Below are positions 24,114 to 36,100 of a DNA stretch of 52,864 nt, piece by piece (position 1 is the stretch's first letter; the number at the start of each line of letters is the position of its first letter). Location: NCBI RefSeq assembly GCF_000485595.1, contig NW_014577089.1, positions 1 to 52,864 on the forward strand, in the 5' to 3' direction. Source of the stretch: Priapulus caudatus. Lineage: Eukaryota. Made by a program: the position numbers and the translations under genes. Below the pieces are notes generated by a model that saw nothing but the letters and a program-made list of their open reading frames with translations, did no database searches and had not been told where the DNA came from.

Positions 24114-27100
24114 CTGTAGAGAAGGCAAACGATAAACATAAGTCACCACCACACAGAACAAAAGAGACATGTCGCTTGTTCTACCATAATTCCGTTTTTT
24201 GCTATGACAGGCCAATGTGACTGCGCACACAGTTTGCACACGGTATGTGCAGAATAATTACCAGAGTTATTGGCTAGTTTCTTTTCAACCAAAGTCCTTG
24301 TTGGACACAATTACCATAACACTAAACCTGGTCACTGCTAAAGCATGTTATGTCCCCACAGTATATACTTTTATATAATGTAGTAATTGTCACGCTGTAC
24401 CGATCAACATTACATAAATGCCTGAATCATTAACCTGTGATAGGATCTGATTTACCTTGGCAATCAGTTGGCACTCTGTTAATGACAGCTCCCTCTGTGC
24501 AAGTATCGCCGTCTTCATCACTGCCAATCATTGCCAGGGATGCCACGTGCTCAGTAGCACCCTGTACAAATGCAAAACAGAATGATAGGCTATGATACAA
24601 TGCGGTCAATGTCCGGAGGAAACCTCCTTCATAAATAACCCAAAGCATTTATATGATCATTACATAAATATGTAAATCAAATATTTGTTAATGCCACATT
24701 AACCCACGGATAACGCTACTCCAGCTTTCACATTTTTTTACAAATAGATTAGGCATTATTTTTGCTAAATTACTTATTTATCATTTAATAATAATAGTGA
24801 AGAATAAACCCCTGGATTATAACACTGCCCATACGTTATGGCTAACACCATTGCTTGTTCTGCATTTCGTGGTGATGATGGAAGTTGCACTGTTTTGGTT
24901 TATTTGCACATGGGTCACATACGCTTGTAATTAATGTGACATTATACTGAAAACTTACTTATCTACTCAAACCAAAGTATAAAAATTTATATATCGCATT
25001 AGTTAGTTGCATTAATAATGCACAATTTAACAGCTTAAAATAATGAAGGCTGGAACATTGAAATCGGGCTACGTACAACACGTAAAAATAAATTATAATA
25101 GCATAACTTATGTCATCACCAAAAGGAGCAGCACGCCACATGGCATCAACCATAACACTGATATTATGGTTGCACAGTATATAAATTGAGGATATTATTT
25201 ATTGACTTAAGTGGTCATTTGGCACTAGCTGATGTCACTGTGCCTGACAGTATTAGAACTAGCAAGTTAAGTTTTGTTTAGTATAAAAAACAAGAAATAA
25301 AGGTTTAGCGCACCTCTTGAAGATCTAGAGGCCATTGCACAGCTACTCTTCGCAGCAGTAAAAAGTATATTTTATGCTCCTTTTATTAAAGTAATGACAA
25401 CAGTGAAAGTATTCTCTCTACATCTGTCAACACAATCCTCAAAATACCACTTGTCCACTGAACATTAACCACTGACCTCCAGCTTCGAACTTTAAACATA
25501 TTTTCCTAATACAGTTATATATCAAGAAGAAATTATTTAATAAATGATTACGCTAATAATGACACATACATGCAAGACAGACGTGCCCATGATGACATTT
25601 TTGCTACACACAACTCTATCGCTATCTTTCTAGTCACACGTTACGGTGTGGGCACAAACCTGCTTGCCAGTGTCCCGACCACGCACGCTTCCATTGCTAG
25701 TCTTTCCGGCCTGCTTACCCACCACGGCGCGTGGGATTCGGGGCGACTTTGGGCTCATCAGCTCCTTTTTACCAGGGATCTTCGACATGTGTCCGTTAAC
25801 CTTCGACGAAGCCGGCGCCGCCTTCTCCGCCTGCGCTTTTGCCGCCGCCGCCGTGATCTTATCGCTGCGTTGCACCTTCGGGGAGCGGAAGCCGAACGTG
25901 GACAGCTTCGACGTAGAGGGCGCCTTCTCCTGCGGCCGCTTGTCCTGCTTCGCGGCGGGGACGTCGTTACGCATGAAGCTCGTCACCTTAATGACGGACT
26001 TCTGCACCGGGCCGGGAGTCTTCGCACCCGGCGGCGTCGGAGTCGGCGTCGGCGGCGATCGAGCATCTCCCGGATGCTGCTCCTCCTCGCACCTCTCCTG
26101 CTCGCCGCTGCCCTTCAGTCCCGGCAGCTTGCTCTTCGCGAGCCCGTTCTCCCGCTTACGCGCCAACGGCGACTGCAGCAGCTTGCTCGCTGCCGGCTTC
26201 GGAATCTCCGGCCGCTTGGCGGCGGCGGCGTCGGGCTTGCTCGCCGGCGACCGCTCCCGACGCGCGCGCTCCCCCGGGCGAGGGCCGGCGACGGCCGGCT
26301 GCGCCGGCTTTGCAACTAGTTTCGGCTTCGGACTGGCCTCCCTCCTGGCGGCGAGGGGCGGTGGCACGGGGCTGTGCGGCGGCGGCGGCGACTGCTCAGA
26401 GCTGCGGGACGACGACGACGACGACCGCAGCTCGTCGGAGCTCGTCTCGCGCCGCCGCTGCGGCGTCCGCTCCGGCGACGCGCGCGCCTCCGACGACTCG
26501 GGCGACCTCTGACCCGGCGGGCGGCGCAGCGCCTGCAGCGCCTGCAGCGGCGACTTGCCGTGCGCCGTCGTCGCGCGCGCCTCGTTCATCTTCGGCAGGA
26601 GCGAGCGCTTCTCCACCATGTCCATGTGCTCGAGCTCGGCGGCGCGAGCCAGCCGTTCGGGTCGCGGACTCGCCGGCGCCGCGTCCCGCGAGCGGGGACT
26701 CACGGGCGGTGGGTCGCCGTACGGCCGCCGGCCGGGGCTGCCCGGCGGCGACGCGGCCCGCGGCGGCGGACTCTGGCCGCGCCGGGCGACCTTCTGCGGC
26801 AGCTGGCGGCGCGGCGGCCGCCGTGCTGTCCTGTGCGCACGCAGGCAGCCTGCTGCGACTCGCGCCGCGACCCGCTCCCGGGCCGCAGCTCGCGCCAGGA
26901 CTCTGCGTGATGCGGCGCCACCGTGGCGCGCCGAGACGAGCGCGGGTGCGCGCAGCGAGTCGGATCTCTGCGCGGCGCACTCGACAGCGTGGCACTTTGT
27001 GGAGAGGCCGGGGCGGCGGCGCGGTCCGGATGCTGCGCTGAGCAGGCGTCGCGTGGAAGGATGGCAGGCACTTGCCGACGGCCCGCGTCTGGCTCGCCCT

Positions 27101-30100
27101 GCCAGCAGCTGAGACGCAGCTTGCCGCTCCTAGCTGACGGCGAGAGCGCCTTGAGCGCGCGGCTGCTCGCTGGCTTCTGCGTCTCGGCCNNNNNNNNNNA
27201 CGCTGCCGCCCGCCGGCCGCGCCAGACTCTGCGTGATGCCGGCGCCACCTGGCGGCGAGACGAGCGCGGTCGGCGCGCAGCACGGATCCTGCTGCGCGGC
27301 GCACTCGACAGCGACGCACTTTGTGGCGGAGGCGGCGTCCGGATGCTCGCTGAGCAGCGTCGCGTGGAAGCTGGGCAGCACCTTGCCGACGGGCCGCGTC
27401 TGTCGCTCGCCCTGCCGCAGCTGAGACAGCAGCTTGCCGCCCCTGCTGACGGGCGAGAGCGCCTTGAGCGCGCGGCCGCGCTGCTTCTGCCGCTGCCGCG
27501 CGTCGCCTGCCGTCGTCGCTATCACGTCGCTCGTCTCGTCGACGTAGCTCTCCGAACTGATGATCTCGTACGACGCCTCCGCGTTGGGCGACGTCGGCGA
27601 GGGTACGGTGTCGTCGTCGTCGTCGTCATCGTCCCGCTCGCGTGACCCCGCCGCATCGCGGACGTCCTTCCCCGTCGTCGGATCGGCAGCCGAGCCGGCG
27701 CAGGTCGCCGTCAGGTCGGGCAGGTAGTTGTTGTTGTTGATGGCAGCAACGTCGCCGCTGACGTCCGCGAAGCTCGAGTTGGACTCGGCGACGTGGTCGA
27801 AGCTGGACGATGTCCGCGAGTCGCCGCCGCCGCCGGTCGTCGCCGTGGAGACGTTGCTCGACACGTTCACCCACGACTCGTTCTTCTCGAAGGTCGTCGC
27901 CGTGACGACCGTGTCGTCGGCGGCGCCGTCCAGCAGGGCCGCGTCCGACATGCTGATCACCGAGAACTCCGAGCTCTGCGGGCTGACGTGCTGCCCCCTG
28001 GCGGGCAAGCCCGGGATGCACTTGGCGGGCGGCGAGGGCTTGCCGTGCAACTGGTGCAGGTTCCACTTGTCCGCTGCGCCCACGTCTGAGCTGAGCAGCT
28101 CTGCCTCTTCGCGAGATGTGTGGCTGGCGGTCCTACCAAAGCTCTCTCTACTCACCTGCGGACAAAAGCACTTAGTTAACGCACATGCGCACGCTTACTC
28201 GCAGAATTCCGTCACACGCGTTCGCTTCTATACGTTTCTAATGGAATTACTTTTGCCTAAATCGTTTTTAATGTGGTTTCCATGGTAAATAAACCCGACG
28301 GAAACTGACGGGCGATTTGTTAGACGTTGTCGATTATGTAAAAACAGAGGAGACTTCAGATCGAGACTTGGTATATGGTAATGTAATTGTTTTCTCCTCT
28401 CTGAATAGGCAACGTCGTGGTTCTGACCTGGCTAGTGTCATGCAGCTTCCACTCTAGCTTGCTGCCACGCCTCCATACCTGCTGTAGTGTGACATTCACA
28501 TCTTCTATTGAGATATCAGATCCATCGTCACTGAGCAGAGAGTCCTGAAATTCACATTGTCTTTAGTCTGGGCTATGCTAGTATTAGTAAGTAAATCATG
28601 TTGTTTTCATGCAAGTTAGGGCACCGTGGTATGTGCTTTGTCATACTCGGCCATTTATTTTACACTAGAATCCAACACCCGAATACAGGACGGGTGGCGC
28701 ACTGTGCACACGTGCACTGTCTGTCTCACAGAAGCTAACGATACACACACACGCACCACACGAAAGCACGTATGCAAGCGCTGGCACACACATACATGCA
28801 CTCACCCACCTACACATACACACCCACGCACTCGCGCGCACACACGCACGCACTCACACTACGGACGCACGCACGCGTGCACCAGCCGTACACACTCACC
28901 ATCGCCGCCTCGTTGATGGAGCTGGCGGCGGTCGGCGGTCTGTGCACCGACGCCGGCGTCGACGTCGTGCGCAGCTGCTCCGGCGTTGCCATGGCGATGG
29001 CGTGCATCCTCACCACGCCGGCCTCGCCCTCGCTCTCGTCCTCGGACGGCGTCAGCAGCTTGAGGTTCTCTTCCGCCTCGCCGAACGCGGCCAGGTCGTC
29101 GGTGTTCAGGTCGCTCGCGGACGCCGGCCGCTCGGGGGCGCTGCAGCTGGGCGGACTCGTCATGGTGATCATCGGCAGTGCAGAGCGCACGCCACCTGTC
29201 GTAGCAACACACAGTTATAAATACAACCTGTGATAGCAGCACACAGTAAAGAATACAACCTGTGATAGCAGCACACAGTTATAAATACAACCTGTGGTAG
29301 CAGCACACAGTAAAGAATACAACCTGTGATAGCAGCACACAGTTATAAATACAACCTGTGGTAGCAGCACNNNNNNNNNNNNNNNNNNNNNNNNNNNNNN
29401 NNNNNNNNNNNNNNNNNNNNNNNNNNNNNNNNNNNNNNNNNNNNNNNNNNNNNNNNNNNNNNNNNNNNNNNNNNNNNNNNNNNNNNNNNNNNNNNNNNNN
29501 NNNNNNNNNNNNNNNNNNNNNNNNNNNNNNNNNNNNNNNNNNNNNNNNNNNNNNNNNNNNNNNNNNNNNNNNNNNNNNNNNNNNNNNNNNNNNNNNNNNN
29601 NNNNNNNNNNNNNNNNNNNNNNNNNNNNNNNNNNNNNNNNNNNNNNNNNNNNNNNNNNNNNNNNNNNNNNNNNNNNNNNNNNNNNNNNNNNNNNNNNNNN
29701 NNNNNNNNNNNNNNNNNNNNNNNNNNNNNNNNNNNNNNNNNNNNNNNNNNNNNNNNNNNNNNNNNNNNNNNNNNNNNNNNNNNNNNNNNNNNNNNNNNNN
29801 NNNNNNNNNNNNNNNNNNNNNNNNNNNNNNNNNNNNNNNNNNNNNNNNNNNNNNNNNNNNNNNNNNNNNNNNNNNNNNNNNNNNNNNNNNNNNNNNNNNN
29901 NNNNNNNNNNNNNNNNNNNNNNNNNNNNNNNNNNNNNNNNNNNNNNNNNNNNNNNNNNNNNNNNNNNNNNNNNNNNNNNNNNNNNNNNNNNNNNNNNNNN
30001 NNNNNNNNNNNNNNNNNNNNNNNNNNNNNNNNNNNNNNNNNCAGTTATAAATACAACCTGTGATAGCAGCACACAGTTATAAATACAACCTGTGATAGCA

Positions 30101-33100
30101 GCACACAGTTATAAATACAACCTGTGATAGCAGCACACAGTTATAAATACAACCTGTGATAGCAGCTCTAAGTAATAAATTCAACCTGTGTAATGGTAGC
30201 ACTAAGTAATAAACATAATCTGTGTAGCAGCAGCACATAGTAATAAATAGAACATGTGTAATAGCAGCATGCCTGCAATATATGGCACACAGTAAGCACA
30301 CGTCTCTGGTTATGGGATCTTCGCTCTAAATCGGATTTGTTAACTTCGGAGGCATCAAAGGATATTCGATCCTGATTTCCTCAGGTCACAAAAACATTCA
30401 CATTATTTAACAATATTAAAAACATTTTTAACATTATTTAACTACATGGACTAAACTCCCCCCCAACTTTCACCCTTCCCCCTTCACTTTTTCCAATTAC
30501 TCTATATAGACCAACAGATATATATGTTCAGATTTTTTGGCAGAATTACATTAATAATAATAATGGGATCAAAGTTAGTGAGTATCAGTGCGGCCATAAT
30601 TACCGGACTTCCGCAGAGGAGACGTCGGCATGTGATGTCCGGCGGGAGTGGAGTACTGACCGGTCCGTCGACTGACCACTTGACCTCCAGACCCATGCCG
30701 CTGTCTGTCGTGGATTTCGGCTGGGGCGTGGTGCGCGCCCACTCTCTCACCGGAGCTGCGTCTCTGCCTCTCCTGCACGTCCATCGGTTCCTTGCTGCTT
30801 GCTCCCGACTCCTCGACGCTCACAGTTCTCAGCGGGGGCTTCGGCGCTATCTTCGTCGGACTTTTCTTCGTCGGCAGGCCCGTCCGGCTCCCGCTCTTCA
30901 TGAAGGACTGACCAGTCGGCTGCGCGTCCGACCGCGGCGGTTGAGAGGATGCTAGCGATGGTCGGAGTGCGGACGGCGAAGCAGACCTGTCCTCGCTCGT
31001 CGATTCGGCGGCAGTCGCTTCCACGACGGCAGGCGGCGGCTTAATCGGCGTGGAACACGTCGTCGTCGTCGCCGCTGCTGAGGTGGACTGCGAGTGAGAT
31101 GCCGCGGTGTGCGGCGCGGCGTCCAGCGCGGCGGCAGCGGGGCCCACCTCGGACATGTGGTGCTGCAGCAGCAGCAACTCCGGCAGGCTGTGCTTGCGGC
31201 TCGACGGCTGGCCGGCCTGCTGCTGCGCGTACTTCCAGTTCGTCGGCACGCTGTTCGCCATGTCGTTGCTGCCGCCGTTGTCGCCGCGGTCGGCGCCCGC
31301 CGCTTCCGCGTCCGCCGCGATCGCCATCTCGTCCTCCTCCCACGCCGTCGGCAGGCTGTTCTTCTTGACGAGGCAGCGCGCGACTCGGTCCGCACGCTCC
31401 TCGCTGCTGCTGCTGCCCGCGGGCACGTACGGCGGGATGACGGACGACGTCCGCTCGGCGTCCCCACCGTCCGCCGCGCACAGCCGCTCGTGCTTCCACT
31501 TGGTGCGCAGGCCGTTGACGCCCATCGCCATCTTCGCGCCCTTGTACTTGCTAATGGCGACCATCGTGTCGTCGTCGTCGTCGTCGCCCGCGAGCGCGAT
31601 CACCTGCGTGCAGGTGCGCGTGCGTCGCTTCACCGACCGCGAGTACGGCGGGTACGAGTTGTGCTGGTACTGCTCGCCGTCGCTGTCCGACGGTGGCGCC
31701 ATCGCCTGCAGCGACTCGGCGCGCCGCGATGGGTCGAGTGACGCGTCTCGCTCTGCCGCCGCCGCCGTCTCGAACACGCCGCGCAGGCGGTGCACGCGCT
31801 CCGCGCTCNNNNNNNNNNNNNNNNNNNNNNNNNCCCAGCGGAGATTAATTAGCAATTGCTAACAGAGCACGTTGTTTGTTGCACAGAGCCTGCGCCAGAG
31901 TGTATCAAGCTGGCAGCAGAGGTGTGGGAGCTGGACAAACAAACCGAAACTGCGGATTCTGCTGCAGAACTAAAGCTCAGGACGCTCACAGTCGCCCAGG
32001 TAGCGACCAGCCCCTAACATCAAGTGCATACTAGCTGCTCAGGTAACATAAACAGAACCTCTTGAACATCGTAACATGAACACTCCTCAGGTTAGGATAT
32101 GCCAGCGGTCACATACCAGTAGGCTGCCAGCATTACATAATAGAGTGGATTCGCGGCAGAGGAAGTATATTTATCCGTATATCTTAAGTATATGTATGCT
32201 TTATAACTTCTTATACACATCATGCAGCCTTATGCCCTGTCACATCATTGCCGATTTAGAACAGCGTATTGCCGGACGTATCAAAAATCTCTCTAAAAAC
32301 GACTGGCATATCGCTGAACTATGCGATGTTTTTTTCAATTTGGTCGTATACATAGCGTTTTCAATACGATGTTGGACGTATACTTAAGCGTCATTAGTAA
32401 CGATATATAGAAGTTTCGATACTTATAAGATACTTATACCCACGAATCGGGCTTATGTGTTGCCGGTCGTTCACAACTTATGCCCAACGATAGTCTAACT
32501 TATGCTAGGCGGCGCGGTAGCGCTATCGACCGACGTATCACCGTGCTGCGCAGGGCCTATAAAACGGCTGCCGCTCCGACGATTCTAAATCCATAACGCA
32601 CTAGACATCACAGTATCAACATCACCGTCGCAGTATCAACATGCGCAATACCATTTTTTATATTACCGAATTCCCCTAACACGCTGCCAATCGCATTATA
32701 ACGGTAGCTGTAGTTAGAAACACGTTCAGTAGTTCTGTGGTGCGTCCGGAAAGTCAATACCTCTACAAACGTCAATTATGCGTTGGAGATATAGTTACAC
32801 ATAGGTTCAAAGCAGCGTTAACTCATAAGTTAGAATAAGTTTTGGGTACGCTAGACATTATCTCGACGGTATTTTCGACTTATGAGTAACTTACAAGTAA
32901 CGTGTGTGAACGTGTGTCAACGATCGCATTAACTTACCTACAACTTATTGGCCGGCGCGTATGCGGACGTATAAGCATGCTCAAAATTTTCCGACGAGCG
33001 CTCGCGTACTACACGTATACCAGCGTCTTTCAGCGTGCTTCGCGTGCTTCAAGCGTGCTTCAGCGTGCTCTTTAACTTATATCAAAAGCTTACCCATAAC

Positions 33101-36100
33101 TTATTCGACGTACGCCAGCGTATTCCCAATTTTTTGATACGTCCGGCATACGCTGGCTAAATCGTCAATGTGTGACAGGGTCCACTTGGGCAAGTAATGG
33201 GCTTGCGATGACCGTCCGGTGGTTAATAAACCGCAGACGTAGCCAGGAACTATCATTAGTTTAATAACTGGCTTGGGCGAGGGTCTGACAAGGTAAAACT
33301 TATTGTCAAGCATCTGGCTCAGTTCAGAGAAGGATATTGACACTTGCTTACGATACTAGGCAACTAAAATGCAATATTTGAATTGCTTGCCGTTGATCTA
33401 GGGCTAGGTATAGAGACTAGTAGAGTAGTAGTAGTAGTGCGCTAATTTATTGTACTAACGGTAAATTGTTTGTTTTTGTTAAGGCTCCCCTACTGAGGGA
33501 GCATCAACTACGTCTAATGGAACCCCACCCGGGTAACGCAATCGGAGCAGCTGTTTACATTCTGTTAAGCAGACTTGACGCAGTCAAGTCAGAGGGTGCC
33601 GTTCACTTGTTATCGGCCCGAAAAACTTGCCCACCACACCGCCCACCCTTTTATTGCAAATTGACTACTGGGCAGTCAGAGATGAGCTTACAACAGAATG
33701 CTGCAGAGCCCACTAATCAGTATCAGTCTACCTACAGTCGCTGAGCAAAGCATCAGAAGAGCAGCTTTGAATCACTTGGGCCGGCAGCCTTGCTGCAGCA
33801 ACTACAGCAATTTACCTCAGGAATTTCAATTGACATGTAAATATATTATTTTTTATTACTTTTAATTACTTTCATTAATTATACGGTCGTTCTATTAATG
33901 TTTCGGGATAAAAGGAGAATGATGACTGTAGAATATTTGCTATGATTCAACACATGTCTGCAACTGTTAGAATTGGCTGTCGCAACATAATTTATTAATA
34001 GCCTTATCTGATATGTGTGTAATTGGAATAATACTAAAAATGATCTTGTAATTTCGCGCAATAAATGCTGATAGTAGTGTGAATTTATAACAAAGCATTT
34101 ACGCGAAAGAAACGAACTAAAGTGGCAATTACTTTCAGCATTATAGTAAATACTCATAAGTTTATTCACTTATTATTTTTCAACCCGTTCGCTTTTCATG
34201 TTTCATGTTGCATAGAGCGTTGGCCGTCTCGCCTCCTCCACAGGCCGCACCCTCGGTGTGCTACGTTGGCCAACACCCATGTCATCTATGTCCGTGTACC
34301 GACCGACCAGGCTCATGCTACGCATGCGTTAACCGCGCAACGGTGGCATGATACCCCGAGTGGCCAAACGCACGGTCGCCGACGACGATGGACGTCGACG
34401 CCCGCCGCCGCTGCGCCCACGGCAAGCGCCGCGGCAGAAACACCCGGAATTTTTCCCGCCGTACAGCCGTCGCTACTCAGAGGCAAATAACGGTTGTTCG
34501 TTTCACGACGAGGCGCGCTGAGGTTGTCCAGCCCGAGAATAGACGCCGAGCAGCGGCGCAACACGTCGCGGCGGCAAGGTGGCGCGCAGCGCGGCGCGGG
34601 GACGAGCGCGCCGCCCCGTCGTGCTGGGCGGCGTCCGAAGGGCGCGCGGCCAAAGGCGGAGGCCGCGGGGCACCTCCGCTCATGAAGCTGCCGGCTGAAC
34701 GTCGACATGGGACTTCTACAGCAGGACCGAGGTGTGCAACTAGCCGACCAGTGGCAAGGAGAAGACCGACGAGGACCCGGCGCCCGCCGCCGCAGCCGGC
34801 GAAGGACGGCAGCTCCGGCCAGCTTCCGCTGCGCCGAAGCAGGTGGCGCGACCGCGGACGGGCGACAGCGTCGTACTGGCGCGGCGAGCTTCTGGCGCTG
34901 TCCGACTCGCTCGGGGTCCGCGCGCGGGGCGCCAAGCGGTGACCGCCCGAGATCGCTCGGAGAACTACAGGCAGCGCTGTCGGCTGTCGCTGAGCGAGCT
35001 GCTGCGGACCGCGAGCGGTTCGTCGGACGCATCCTGCGCTTGTCGCCATCTTCCTCCTTACTGCTACTGCAACCGCACCTCTCGCGCTCAGCCTCACCGA
35101 CTCGGCCGTGCTTGGGCTAGCGAAGCTCGGCATGCAGCTGGGCAGCCAGCTGCACCGCAGACTTGCAGACGACGCAGCCGCGGCCTGCGTCGCACGGCGA
35201 CGCAGCCAGTCGGGGAGCGGGCGGACCCGGTGGCTGCCCGCCGCGTGCAGCGCGCAGGAGGAGATGCTGTCGTCGAAGCGAGGCAAGTACTCGCGCGGTG
35301 ACGGAGGCTTTAGCTTGAGCGCGGCGACGCGAAGGTCGGGTCACCTGCGGAGCATAGGGGCCACCTGCTGAGCGCGGGTCGCAGACAGAGCGCCGCAGCT
35401 CGCCGACCGCTACGGCGCGAACTCGGAGATCCACAACAGTCGGTCGTGAAGAACGGCGAGATCTTTGCGTGCAGGTCGAGGCGGCGCCGGCGGCAAGGCC
35501 TGGACGATGTCGCCGCCCTCGCGGCTTGCAGCAGGCAGCAGCTGACCGCCTCCTTTGCCCGACGCGGCGTCAAACTCCCTCTGTCATCCGGACCGGGAAA
35601 TCCCCGACGATGAGACGGAGGCCCGCGGCGGGGCAGGGGGTGCGCGAGCGGGGGCGAGACGAGGCGGGGTGTCGTCGGACAGCCCCGACCGCACGCCGAC
35701 GAACGGCTGCGAAGGAGGGAGGCTCTACTCCTACCCGCCGCAGGCAACTTGGAGATGATGAAGCCGGTTGCGCGGGCGCGGATGTGCGCGCCGATTCCGC
35801 CCACGCGAGCCGCCGAGCCGTCGCCTGAACGAGCGAGAACGGTCCGAGCGTTTAAAGTCGAAGCGCGCCCGCGGCGACGCCCCGCGACCTCCACCGCCGC
35901 GAGCGACGGAGGCGGCGCGGGGTGGCCGACGGTAAAAGGGCGCGTCGCGGCGAGGTGGCGCCGGCGAGCGCAGGAACCGGCGGGCGGATGCGGGGAGGCA
36001 GGACGCGGCTGCTGCGTCGTCGCGGCGCAGCTTCCGAGGCGTGCGCCAAACGAAGTCGTGCACAGTTCGCAGATCTCGCAGGAGGGCGGTGAGCGCCGGC

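Noticed and set aside
29196..30270. CRISPR-like array of 32-bp repeats
   Set aside because: Units are head-to-tail with no unique spacers, lie in a spliceosomal intron, and no cas genes are present.
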